DNA from: the human T2T-CHM13v2.0 reference genome, Homo sapiens
Direction: 5' to 3' (one strand)
Assembly: GCF_009914755.1 (NCBI RefSeq)
Contig: NC_060932.1
DNA: 64,000 bases
Positions 30,189-44,769 of this stretch are shown here, one piece after another. Position 1 is the stretch's first letter; each line of letters opens with the position of its first letter. The translations under genes and the position numbers were made by a program. Below the pieces are notes generated by a model, which was not told the DNA's origin, searched no databases, and worked only from the letters and a program-made list of their open reading frames with translations.

Positions 30189-32061
30189 TTTTAAAACTTT
30201 CAAATTACCGAATATCTTTTCTGTTCACAATGGAATGAACCCTAGAAATCACTAACAGAAGGAAACTGTAAAATTAATAAACATGTGGAAATTAAACAAC
30301 ACAGCCTTATATAACCATTTGGTCCAAGGTTTTATTTTCTCTTTTTTAAATTAATTTATTTCCATAGGTTTTTGGGAAACAGGTGGCATTTGGTTACATG
30401 AGTAAGTTCTTTAGTGGCAATTTGTGAGACTTTGGTGCACCCATCACCCAAGCAGTATACACTGAACCCAATTTGTAGTCTTTTCCTCACCCACTTCCCA
30501 CCCTTCCCCAACCCCCAAAGTCCACTGTATCATTCTTACGCCTTTGCATCCTCATAGCTTAGCTCCCACTTATGAGTGAGAACATACGATGTTTGTTTTT
30601 CCATACCTGAGTTATTTCACTTAGAATAAAAATCTCCAATCCCATCTAAGTTGCTGCGAATGACATTAATTCATTCCTTTTTATGGCTGAGTAGTATTCC
30701 ATGGTGTGTATATACACCACAGTTTCTTTATTGACTCGTTGATTGGTGGGCATTTGGACTGGTTCCACATTTTTGCAATTGCAAATTGTGCCACTATAAA
30801 CATGCATGTGCCAGTATTTTTTTCCTGTAACAACTTCTTTTCCTCTGGGTCAATACCCAGTAGTCGGATTGCTAGGTCAAATGGTAGTTCTACTTTTAGT
30901 TCTTTAAGGAATCTCCACACTGTTTTCCATAGTGGTTGTACTCATTTACATTCTCACCAGCAGTGTATTAGTGTTCCCTTTTCACCGCATCCACATCAAC
31001 ATCTATTATTTTTTGATGTTTTGATTATGGCCATTCTTGCAGGAAGTAAGGTGGTACCGCATTGTGGTGTTGACTTCCATTTCCGTGATCATTGGTGATG
31101 TTGAGCATTTTTTCATATGTTCATTGGCCATTTGTATATCTTCTTTTGAGAATTGTCTGTTCATATCCTTAACCCCCTTTTTGTTTGGATTGTTGCTAAT
31201 TTGTTTGAGTTCCTTGTAGATTCTGGATATTAGTACTTTGTCAGATATATAGATTGTGAAGATTTTCTCCCGCTCTGTGAGTTGTCTGTTACTTTGCTGA
31301 CTGTTGCTTTTGCCATGCAAAAGCTCTTTAGTTTAATTAAGTTCCACCTCTTTGTTTTTGTTGCATTTGCTTTTGGGTTCTTGGTCATGAAAACTTTGTC
31401 TAAGCCCATGTCTACTAGGGTTTTTCCGATGTTATCTTCTGGAAATTTTACAGTTTCAGGTCTTAGATTGAAGTCCTTGATCCATCTTGAGTTGATTTTT
31501 GTATAAGGTGACAGCTGAGGATCCAGTTTCTCATTGTCTTACATTTGGCTTGCCAGTTTCCCCAGCACCATTTGTGCTGAATAGGGTGTCCTTTCCCCAC
31601 TTTATGTTTTTGTTTACTTTGTCAAAGATCAGTGGCTGTAAGTATTTGGGTTTATTTCTGGGTTCTCTATTCTGTTCCAGTGTTCTCTGTGCCTATTTTT
31701 ATACCAGCACCATGCTGTTTTGGTGGCTATGGCCTTATAGTCTAGTTTGAAATCAGGTAATGTCATGCCTCCAGATTTATTCTTTTGGCTTAGTCTTGCT
31801 TTGGCTATGTGGGCTCTTTGGTAAATTTTAGGATTGTGTTTTCTAGTTCTGTGAAGAATGATGGTGGTATTTTGATGGGAATTGCATTGCATTTGTAGAT
31901 TGCTTTTGGCAGTATGGTCATTTTCACAATATTGATTCTACCCATCCATGAGCATGGGATGTGTTTACATTTGTTTGTGTCATCTCTGACTTCTTTCAGC
32001 AGTGTTTTTTAGTTTTCCTTGCAGAGGCCTTTTACCTCTTTGGTTAAGCATATTCCTAAGT

Positions 32062-32128
32062 ATTTTATTTTATTTTATTTTATTTTATTTTATTTTATTT
32101 TATTTTATTTTATTTTATTTTATTTTAT
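32062..32128. repeat. (TTTTA)n microsatellite
   Basis: About 13 perfect pentamers inside the L1PB1. Confidence 0.97.
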
Positions 32129-34116
32129 TGCAGCTATTATAAAAGGGGTTGAGTTTTTTATTTGATTCTCAGCTTGGTCATTGATGCTGTGTAGCAGAGC
32201 TCCTGATTTGTGTACATTAATTTTGTATCCTAAAACTTTGCTGAATTCGTTTATCCATTCTAGGAGCTTTTCGGAGGAGTCTTTAGGGTTTTCTAGGTAT
32301 GCAATCATATCATCAGCAAACAGTGACAGTCTGACTTCCTCTTTACTGATCTAGATGCCTTTTACTTCTTTCTCTTGTCTGATGGCTCTGGCTAGGACTT
32401 CTAGTACTATGTTGAATAGAAATGGTGAAAGTGGACATCCTTGTCGTATTCCAGTTCTCTGAGGGAATGCTTTCAACTTTTCCCCATTCAGTATTATGTT
32501 GGCTGTGGGTTTATTACATTGAGGTACATCCTTGTATGCTGATTTTGCTGAGGATTTTAATCAAAAAGGGATGCCAGATTTTGAGGGATGCCAGCTTTTG
32601 TGAAATGCTTTATTTAAACTGTGTCTGTTGAGGTGGTCATGTGATTTTTGTTTTTAATTCTTTTTATGTGGTGTATCACATTTATTGATTTGCATATGTT
32701 AAATTGTCCCTGCATCCCTGGTATGAAACACACTTGATCATGGTGGATTGTCTTTTTGATAGTTGGATGCGGTTAGCTAGTATTTTGTTAAGGGTTTTTG
32801 CTTCTGTTTTCATCAGGGTTATTGGTCTGTAGTTTTTTTGCATGTCTTATGTGCTTTCCTGGTTTTGTTATTAGGGTGATCCTGGCTTCATAGAATGATT
32901 TAGGGAGGATTGCCTCTTTCTCTATCTTGTGTAATAGTGTCAATAGGATTGGTACCAGTTCTTTGAATGTCTGGTAGAATTCAGCTGTGAATCTGTCTGG
33001 TCCTGGAAGTTTTTTTTCTTGGTAATTCTTTTATTACCGTTTCAACCTCGCTGCTTTTTATTGGTCTGTTCAGGGTTTCTAATTCTTCCTGATTTAAGCT
33101 TCCTGTATCTTTCCAGGAATTTATTCAGCATCCTCTAGGTTTTCTAGTTGATGTGCATAAAGGTGTTTATAGTAGCCTTAGATAATCTTTTGTATTTCTG
33201 TGGTGTCAGTCTTGATATCTCCCATTTCTTTTCTAATTGAGCTTATTTGGATCTTCTCTCTCCTTTTCTTGGTTAATCTTGCTAATGATCTGTCAGTTTA
33301 TCTTTTCAAAGAACCAGCTTTTTGTTTCATTTATCGTTTGTATTTTTTTTGTTTCAATTTCATTTAGTTCTGTTTTGATCTTGGTTATTTCCTTTCTTCT
33401 GCTGGTTTGGGTTTGGTTTGTTGTTGTTTCTCTAGTTCCTTGAGGTGTTTCTCTAGTTCCTTAGATTGTCTGTTTGTACTGTTTCAGACTTTTTGTTGTG
33501 GGCATTTAAGGCTATGAAGTTTCCTCTTACCACCACCTTTGCCGTCTCCCAGGGCTTTTGATAGGTTGTGTCACTATTATCTTTCAGTTTGAATAATTTT
33601 TTAATTTCCATCTTGATTTCACTGTTGACCCAGTAATCATTCAGGAGCAGGTTATTTAATTTCCATGTATTTGCATGGTTTTGAAGGTTCCTTTTGGAGT
33701 TGATTTCCATTTTTATTCCACTGTGGTCTGAAAGAGTACTTGATATAATTTCAGTTTTCTTAAATTGATTGTGACTTGTTTTGTGGCCTATCATATGGTC
33801 TATCTTGGAGAAAGTTCCATACACTGATGAATAGAATGTATATTCTGTGTTTGTTGGGTAGAATATTTTGTAAATATGTTAAGTCCATTTGTTCCAGGGC
33901 ATAGTTTAAATCCATTGTTTGTTTGTTGACTTTCTGTCTTGATGACCTGTCTAGTCCTATCAGTGGAGTGTTGAAGTCCTCCACTATTATTTTTGTTGCT
34001 GTCTATCTCGTTACTTATGTCTAGTAGTAATTGTTTTATAAATTTAGGAGCTCCAGTGTTAGGTGCATAGAATATTTAGGATTGTGATATTTTCGTTTTG
34101 GACAAGGCCTTTTATA

Positions 34117-34153
34117 TTAGGTTGGTGCAAAAGTAATTGTGGTTTTTGCTATT
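34117..34153 (+). mobile_element. Half MADE1 (Hsmar1-derived MITE)
   Basis: ta|ttaggttggtgcaaaagtaattgtggtttttgc matches the Hsmar1/MADE1 terminal inverted repeat. Confidence 0.88.
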
Positions 34154-35077
34154 TTTTTCTGTCCTTTTTAACTGCTGTTGCTTTAAAGTTTGTTTTGTCT
34201 GTTATAAAAATAGCTACTCCTGCTCAGTTTTGGTGTTCATTTGCGTGGGCTGTCTTTTTACACCCCTTTACCTTAAGTTTATCTGAGTCCTTATGTGTTA
34301 GGTAAGTCTCTTGAAAGCAGCAGATACTTCTTATCCATTCTGCTATTCTGTTTCTTTTAAGTGGAGCATTTAAGCCATTTACACTCAACATTAGTATTGA
34401 GATGTGAGGTACTGTTTCATTCATCATGCTATTTGTTGGCTGTATACCTTGGTGGCTTTTTTAATTATTATATTTTTGTTTTATAGGTCCTGTGAGACTT
34501 ATGCTTTAAAGAGGTTCTGCTTTCATGTGTTTCCAGGATTTGTTTCAAGATTTAGACCTCCATTTAGCAGTTCTCATAGTGCTGGCTTGGTAGTGGCGAA
34601 TTCTCTCAGCATTTGTTTTTCTGATAAAGACTGTATCTTTCCTTCATTTATGAAGCTTAGTTTCACTTGATACAAAATTCTTGGCTGATAATTGTTTTGT
34701 TTAAGGAGGCTGAAGATAGGGCCCCAATCCCTTCTAACTTGTAGGGTGTCTGCTGAGAAATCTGCTGTTAATCTGATCAGTTTTTCTTTTTAGGTTACCT
34801 GGTGCTTTTGCCTCACAGCTCTTAAGATTCTTCATTTTGACTTAGATAACCTGATGACAGTATGCCTAGGCAATGATCTTTTGTGATGAATTTCCCAGAT
34901 GTTCGTTCTTGTATTTGGATGTCTAGATCTCTAGCAAGGCCAGGGAAGTTTTTCTCAATTATTTCCCCAAATATGTTTTACAAATGTTTAGATTTTTCTT
35001 CTTCCTCAGGAACACCAGTTATTCTTAGGTTTGGTCATTTAACAGAATCCCAAACTTCTTGGAGGCTTTGTTCTTTG

Positions 35078-35346
35078 TTTTAGATGGAGTCTCGCTCTGT
35101 CACCAGGCTGGAGTGCAGTGGCACAATCTCGGCTCACTCCCGGATTCAAGCAATTCTCCTGCCTCAGCCTCCCAGGTATCTGGGACTACAGGCACCTGCC
35201 ACCAGGTCCAGCTAATTTTTGTATTTCTAGTAGAGATGGGTTTTCACCATGTTGACCAAGATGGTCTCGATCTCTTGACCTCGTGATCTGCCCACCTTCA
35301 CCTCCCAAAGTGCTGGGATTATAGGTGTGAGCCACTGCGCCCAGCC
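35078..35346 (-). mobile_element. AluSc-like
   Basis: gatggtctcgatctcttgacctcgtgatc; small internal deletion. Confidence 0.92.
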
Positions 35347-36813
35347 TGTTTGTTTTTTAATTATTTTTTCTTTCTCTTTGATGGATTGAGTTAATTCAAA
35401 AACCTTGTCTTTGAGCTCTGAGGTTGTTTCTTCTGCTTGTTCAGTTTTATTGCTGAGACTTCCCAGAACATTTTGCATTTCACTGTTTTATTTCCTGAAG
35501 TTGTGATTTTTTTTTAATTTATGCTATTTCACTGAAGATTTCTCCCCTCATTTCTTGTATCTTTTTTTTTATTTCCTTAAATTGGACTTTATCTTTCTCT
35601 GATGCCTCCTTGATTCGCATAATAATTGGTATTATGAATTCTTTTTTAGGTAAATCAGAGATTTCTTCTTGGTTTGGATCCCTTCCTGGTGAGCTGGTGT
35701 GATTTTTGGGGGGTGTTAAAGCACCTTGTTTTGTCATATTACCGGAATTGTTTTTCTGGTTTCTTCTTCTTTGCGTAGGCTATGTCAGAGGGAAGATCTG
35801 GCACTCAGGGCTAGTGTTCAGATTCTTTTGTCCCACAGGATGTTCCCTTGATGTAGTACTCTCTGCCTTTTCCTAGGGATGTGGCTTCCTGAGAGCCAAG
35901 CTGTAGTGATTATTATTTCTCTTCTGGATCTAGCCATTCAGCAGGGCTGCCAAGCCCTCGACTAGTACCGAGGGTTGTCTGCACAGAGTCCTGTAATGTG
36001 AACCGTCTTGAGGTTTCTCTGCCAACGATACCAACACAGTATTTAGGGTGTCTCTTGGGTCCTGAAGGAGCAATCTGCTTCCTTCAGAGGGTCTGTGGAT
36101 TCTCTTGGCTTTCCTGGTATATTCCTGCAGTAGTTCTGGAGCCAAAGTTCATGATGCGAGTCTCTGTGAGCTGCTGTCTGTCCGGGTGAGGGCTGCAATC
36201 TAGTCCTGCCTCCTGTCTATCATTTTCCCCCCAAATCTCCAAGAAGAAACTATTGAGATGAATGAAAACGAAAACATAATGTACTAAAACTTACGGGATG
36301 ACATGAAAGCATTATGAAGTTGGAAATTTATGGATGTAAGTACATATATTGAAGAAGAGAAAGATATTAAATCAATAACCTATCTGTACATGTTAAGGTA
36401 CTAGAAAAAAAGAAGAGCAAACTAAATGCAATGCTAGCAGAAGGATGGAAAAAATAAAGATTAGAGTGGAGATGAAAGAGTACAAACATTAGAGAAAATC
36501 AGAGAGCATTTCTAAAGACATCACATCTTTGCAGAAGTCAGCAAAATAGACCAAACTTTAGCTAGATTGACCACGAAAAAACTGGTCAAATTACTAGAAT
36601 CAAAACTGAAGAGACTATTACTGATTTTACAGAAATGAAAAGGATTATATGAGAATCCTATGAACAACTGAACACCAACAAATTGGGTAACCTAGATGAA
36701 ATGTACAATTTTCTACAAAAACAGTGTGCAAGAACTGACTCATGAAGAAATAAAAAATCTGAATAGACCTATAACTGGTAAGGATATTAAATCGGTAATA
36801 AAAACCTTCCAAT

Positions 36814-37144
<331 letters not shown>

Positions 37145-37847
37145 CTATCAGATGGATTCATGAGTAAATTCTACCAAACATTTAAAGAAGAATTAACACC
37201 AGTTGTTCTCAAATTCCTCCCAAAAATTGAAGGGAAAGGACCACTTCCTAACTCATTCCCTGAGGCTAGCATTACCCTGTTAAAAAAAAAATAGACAAAG
37301 ATTTTACAAGAAAACTGGAGACCAGTATCCCTGATGAATATTGATGAAAAAATCCTCAACAACATTCTAGCAAATTGTATTGAGCAGCAGATTAAAAGAG
37401 TTATACCCCATTTCCAAAAGGGATTTCCCAGAATACAAGAATAGTTCACAAAAACCAATTCATGTAATATACCACATTAATGGAGTGAAGGAGAAAAACC
37501 ATACAATTGTTTTAATTGATGCAGGAAAAGCATTTGACAGAATCCAGCACTTTGTGATAAAAACACTCAACAAACTGGGAACATAAGATTACTTCCTCAG
37601 CCTAACATACAGCAGTTATGAAAAACCCATAGCTAACATACCAAATGATGACAACTTAGAAGCTTTCCCTCTAAAATCAGAAACAAGGCAAAGATGGTTG
37701 CTTTCACCCTTCCATTTAAGATAGTATTAGAAGTTCTGACCAAAGCACTTAGGCAAGAAAAAGAAAAGAATCTAGATTGGAAAGAAAGAAAGAAAATTAT
37801 CTCTATTCAGAGATGGCATGACCTTATATGTAGAAAACCCTAAAGAT

Positions 37848-37850
<3 letters not shown>

Positions 37851-37891
<41 letters not shown>
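37851..37891. repeat. (CA)n microsatellite
   Basis: About 20 units. Confidence 0.97.
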
Positions 37892-37894
<3 letters not shown>

Positions 37895-38312
37895 CACGTT
37901 AGTAAATTGAGGAAAGTTGCACAATGCAGATTAATATACAAAAATTAGTTGGATTTTTATCAATAGCAGTGCATAATCTAAAAAATGAATTTAAGTAAAC
38001 AGTATCGACTACAATAGTATTTTTTAAAAACCACTTAGGAAAATAAGTAGATGCCAGACTCTTACAATAAAAACTACAAAACAAATTTGGGCAAGATGGC
38101 CAGCTAGATGCAGTTAAGGTGGAACAGCTGTCACCAAGGAACCGGGAAGACCTGGTGCATTCCTAACAGATCTTCAGAGGGAAGGTACTGACAGTGGATG
38201 GAAGGAATAAACAGAAGCTGGGCTGAAGGGATAGGAAGCTGGGAACCCGGCACAGGGCTACTGCATACTGGGACTCCTTCCTAGCCCCTGGTGACTCTGG
38301 GGGAATGGCTGA

Positions 38313-38798
<486 letters not shown>

Positions 38799-39186
38799 AC
38801 TCAACATTCTTAAAGAAAGAAATTCCAACCAAGAATGTCATATCCAGCCAAACTAAGCCTCATAAGTGAAGGCAAATAGGATCCTTTTCAGACAAGCAAA
38901 TGCTGAGGGAATTTGTTACTACCTGACCTGACTTACGCAAGCTTCTGAGGCAAGCACTAAGTATCTAAAGGAAAGACCATTATCAGCCACTACCATAAGT
39001 TACTTAAGTACACAGAGCAGTGACACTATAAAGCAACCAGACAAGTCTACATAATAACCAACTACCATCATGATGACAGGATCAGATCCACACATATCAA
39101 TACGAACCTTGAATGGAAATAGGCTAAGTGCCCAAATTAAAAGGCACAGCGTGGCAAGCTGGATAAAGATTCAAGGCCCAATAGAC

Positions 39187-39480
39187 GGCTGGGCACGTGG
39201 CTCAAGCCTGTAATCCCAGCACTTTGGGAGGTCAAGGCGGGCAGATCATTTGAGATCAGGAGTTTGAGACCAGCCTGGCCAACATGGTGAAACCCCATCT
39301 CTACTAAAAATACAAAAAAATTAGCTGGGCGTGGTGACATATGTCTGTAATCCCAGCTACTGAGGGAGGCTGAGGCAGGAGAATCACTTGAACCTGGGAG
39401 ATGGAGGTTGCGCTGAGCCAGGATCACACCACTGCACTCCTGCCTGGGCAACAGAGCAAGACTCCATCAAAAAAAATACA
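39187..39480 (+). mobile_element. AluS
   Basis: Full dimer inside L1 ORF2. Confidence 0.95.
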
Positions 39481-40313
39481 TAACAGACCCAGTAGTATGT
39501 TGTCTTCAAGAGACCCATCTCACATGCAGTGACACCCATAGGCTCAAAATAAAGGGATGAAAAGAAAAATCTACCAAGCAAATGGAAAACAAAAAGGCAG
39601 GGGTTGCAGTCCTCATTTCAGACAAAATGACTAAACCGACGAAGATCAAAAAAGACAAAGAATCACATTACATAATGGTAAAGGGTTCAATTCAACAAGA
39701 AGACATAACTCCCCTAAATATATATGCACCCAACACAGGAGCACCTAGATCCGTAAAGCAAGTTCTTGGAAACCTTCAAAGAGACTTAAACTCCCACACA
39801 ATAGTAGTGGGAGATTTCAACACCCCACTGACAATATTAAACAGATCATCAAGGCAGAAAATTAACAAAGATGTTCAGGACCTAAACTCAGCACTGGGTC
39901 AGATGGACCTGATAAACATATACAGAACTCTACCCAAAAGCTACAGAATATACATTCTTCTCATTATTACATAGCACATACTCTAAGATTGACCACATAA
40001 TTGGACATAAAACACTCTTCTGCAAATGCAAAAGAAGTGAAATCATAACAGCCATTCTGTCAGACCACGGCACAATCAAATTAGAAATCAGGGCTAAGAA
40101 ATTTGATCAAAACCGTACAATTACATGGAAATTGAGTAATCTGCTCCTGAATGATTTCTGGGTAAATAATAAAATTAGAGCTGAAATCAAGAAGTTCTTT
40201 GAAACTAGTGAGAACTAAGATACAGCATACCAGAATCTCTGGAACATAGCTAAGGCAGTGTTAAGACGGAAATTTGTGGCACTAAACACTCACATCAAAA
40301 AGTTAGAAAGATT

Positions 40314-40480
<167 letters not shown>

Positions 40481-40621
40481 TCACAACTAAAAGAACTAGA
40501 AAACCAAAAGCAAACCAACTCAGAAGCTAGCAGAACATAAGAAATAACCAAAATCAGAGCTGGACTGAAGGTAATCAAGACATGAAAAACCTTTCAAAAG
40601 ATCTAGGAGTTAGTTTTTTTT

Positions 40622-40622
40622 G

Positions 40623-40657
<35 letters not shown>

Positions 40658-40694
40658 TAGATAGATAGATAGATAGATATATATATATAAAAAA
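40622..40694. repeat. A(n)(TA)n(TAGA)n compound microsatellite
   Basis: Directly visible. Confidence 0.95.
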
Positions 40695-43600
40695 TAGACT
40701 GCTAGCTAGACTAAACAGAAGAAAAGAGAAGATCCAAATAAACACAATTAGAAATCACAAAGGTGATATCACCACTGACCCCACAGAAATACAAATAACC
40801 ATCAGAGAATATTATGAACATCTCTATGCAAACAAACTAGAAAATGTAGAGGGAATGGATAAATTCCTGGATGCATGCACCCTCCCAGGATTGAACTAGG
40901 AAGAAATTGAATTTTTGAACAGACCAGTAATGAGCTCCAAAATCGAGTCAGTAATAAATACCCTGCCAACCAAAAAAAGCCCAGGACCAGACAGATTCAC
41001 AGCTGAATTCTACCAGATGTACAAAGAAGAGCTGGTATCATTCCTACTGAAACTATTCCGAAAAATTGAGGAGGAGGGATTCACCCCATCTCATTCTATG
41101 AGGCCAGCATCATGCTAATATCAAAACCTGGCACAGACACAACAAAAAAGAAAACTTTAGGCCAATATTTTTGATAAACATCAATGCAAAAATCCTAAAC
41201 AAAATACTGACAAACTGAGTCCGCAACACATCAAAAAGCTTATCCACCACGATCAAGTTGGCTTTATCCCTGGGATGCAAGATTGGTTCAACATATGCAA
41301 ATCAATAAATGTGATCCATTACATAAACAGAACTAAAGACAAAAACCACATGATTATCTCAATAGATGCAGAAAACGCTCTTGATAAAATTCAAAACCCT
41401 TTCATGTTAAAACTCTGAATTACATATTGAAGGAACATACCTCAAAATAAGAAGAGCCATGTATAAAAAACCCACAGCCAACATCATACTGAATGGACAA
41501 AAATGGGAAGCATTCCCCTTGAAAACCAGCCCAAGACAAGGATGCCCTCTCTCACCACTCCTATTCAACATTGTATTGGAAGCCCTGGCCAGGACAGTCA
41601 GGCAATAGAAATAAATAAAAGGCATCTAAATAGGAATAGAGGAAATCAAATTATTCCTGTTTGCAGAAGACATGATCCTCTATCTAGAAAACCCCATAGT
41701 CTTGGGCCCAAAAGCTCCTTAAGCTGATAAACAGCTTCAACAAAGTCTCAGGATGCAAAATCAGTGCGCAAAATTCACTAGCATTTCTATACACCAGCCA
41801 TCAAGCTGAGAGCCAAATCAGGAATGCAATCCCAATCACACTTGCCACAAAAAGAATAAAATACCTAGTAATAGAACTGACCAAGGAGGTGAAAGATCTC
41901 TACGAGTACTACAAAACACTGCTTAAAGAAATCGGAGATGACACAAATAAATGGAAAAATATTCCATGCTCATTAATAGGAAGAATCAATAGCATTAACA
42001 TGACCATACTGCCAAAAGTAATTTACAGATTTCAATACTATTCCTATCAAACTACCAATGACATTTTTCACTTAACTAATAAAAACTATTTTCAAATTCA
42101 CATGTATCCAAAAATGAGCCCAAATAGCCAAGGCAGTCCTGAGCAAAAAGAACAAAGCTGGAGGTGTTATGCTACCTGACTTCAATCTATACAACAGGGC
42201 TGCAGTAACAAAGACAGTATAGTACTGGTACAAAAACAGACACATAGACCAATGGAACAGAATAAACAACCCAAAAATAAGGCCGCACACCTACAGTCAT
42301 CTGATCCTTGACAGTGCTGACAAAAACAAGCAATAGGAAAAGGACTCCATTCAATAAATGGTGTTGGGATAGCTGGCTAGCCACATGCAGAAGATTGAGC
42401 CTTGGACCCTTTGCTTATATAAAAATAACTCAAGATGGATCAAAAATGTAAAACTTAAAACTAAAAATGCTGCAAGACAACCCAGGCAGTACCGCTCTGG
42501 ACATAAAATTTAGGCAAAGATTTCATTATGAAGACACCAGCAGCAATTGCAACAAAAGGAAAAATTGACATATGGGATCTAATTAAATCAAAGAGCCTCT
42601 GCACGGCAAAAGAAACTATCAACAGAGACAACTATCGACAGCCTACAGAAAGGGAGAAAAATTTTGCAGACTACACATCTGACAAAGGTCTAATATCCAG
42701 CATTTATAAGGAACTTAAACATATTTACAAGGAAAAAACAAAAAGCCTCTTTAAAAAGTAAGCAAATGACATGAACAGACACTTTTCAAAAGAAGACATT
42801 CATATGGCCAACAAGCACATGAAAAAAAGCTGAACATCACTTATCATTAGAGAAATGCAAATCAGAACCACAATGAGATACCATCTCACACCAATTAGAA
42901 TGGCTATTATTAAAAAGTCAAAAAAATAACAGCTGCTGGCAAGGTTGTGGAGAAAAAGGAATGTTTGTACACTGTTGGTGGGAGTATAAATTCCTTCAAC
43001 CATTGTGGAAAACAGTATTGCCATTCCTGTGGAAAACAGCATTGCCATTCCTCAAAGAGCTCAAATCAGAACTCTCATTTGACTCAGAAATCCCATTACT
43101 GGGTATATATACCCAAAGGAATATAAATCATTCTACCATAAAGACGCAGGCAAGCATATGTTTGTTGCAGCATTGTTGACAATAGCAAAAAAATGGAATC
43201 AACCTAAATGCCCATCAACGGTAGACTGAACAAAGAAAATGTGGTGTGTATATACTACAGAATACCATGCAGCCATAAAAAAAAAAATGAGGTCGTGATT
43301 TTACAGAAACATGAATGGAGCTAGAGACTATTATCCTAAACAAACTAATGTGTGAACAGGAAACCAAATACCACATGTTCTCACTTATAAGTGGGCACTA
43401 AATTATGAGAACACATTGACACACAGAGAGGAACAACAGACATGGGGGCCTACTGGAGGGTGGGCGGAAGGAGGGAGAGGATCAGGAAAAATAACTAATG
43501 AGTACTAGGCTTAATACCTGGGTGATGAAATAATCCGTACAACAAATTTCTATTATATGTTACCTATATAACAAACCTGTACATGTACCCCTGAACTTAA

Positions 43601-43958
43601 AAGGTAAAGAAGAAAACTACAAAACATTGCTGAAATAAATTAAGGAAGACATAAATAAATATAAGGACATCCCGTGTTCATGAATTTCAGGCTTTAATAT
43701 TGTTAAGATGACAATATCCTACCAAGCAATCTACAGATTCAGTGCAATCCCTATCAAAATTCCAACAGCATTTTTGTAGAAAATCTATTCGAATATTCAT
43801 ATGGACTATCAGCAGACCTCAAGTAGCCAAAAAATTTTGAAAAGGAAGAGCAAATATGTAGGACTCACAATTCCTGATTTCAAATCTTAATATAAATCTA
43901 CAGCAATTAAAACAGTAGGGTACTAGTATAAGGAGAGAGATAGAGATCAATGGCATAG

Positions 43959-44315
<357 letters not shown>

Positions 44316-44473
44316 ATGAAGTGAGTTTTGACAAGGGCACTATGATCATTCAATATGAAGAACAGTCTTTTTCAACAAATGGGAAAATTGGAAATCCCTG
44401 TGCAAATTAATGACATTGAGCCCTTGTTTTACACCATATACAAAAATCAACTTAAAATACATTAAAAGACTAA

Positions 44474-44769
<296 letters not shown>

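Larger units (their letters stand above)
30329..36237 (-). mobile_element. Near-full-length L1PB1-like element with internal deletions
   Basis: L1PB-type 3' end (ccataggtttttggg...ggtgcacccatcaccc); ORF2 and ORF1 peptides on -; 5' end at about 36232; short TSD tccaag (30323-30328, 36238-36243). Confidence 0.9.
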
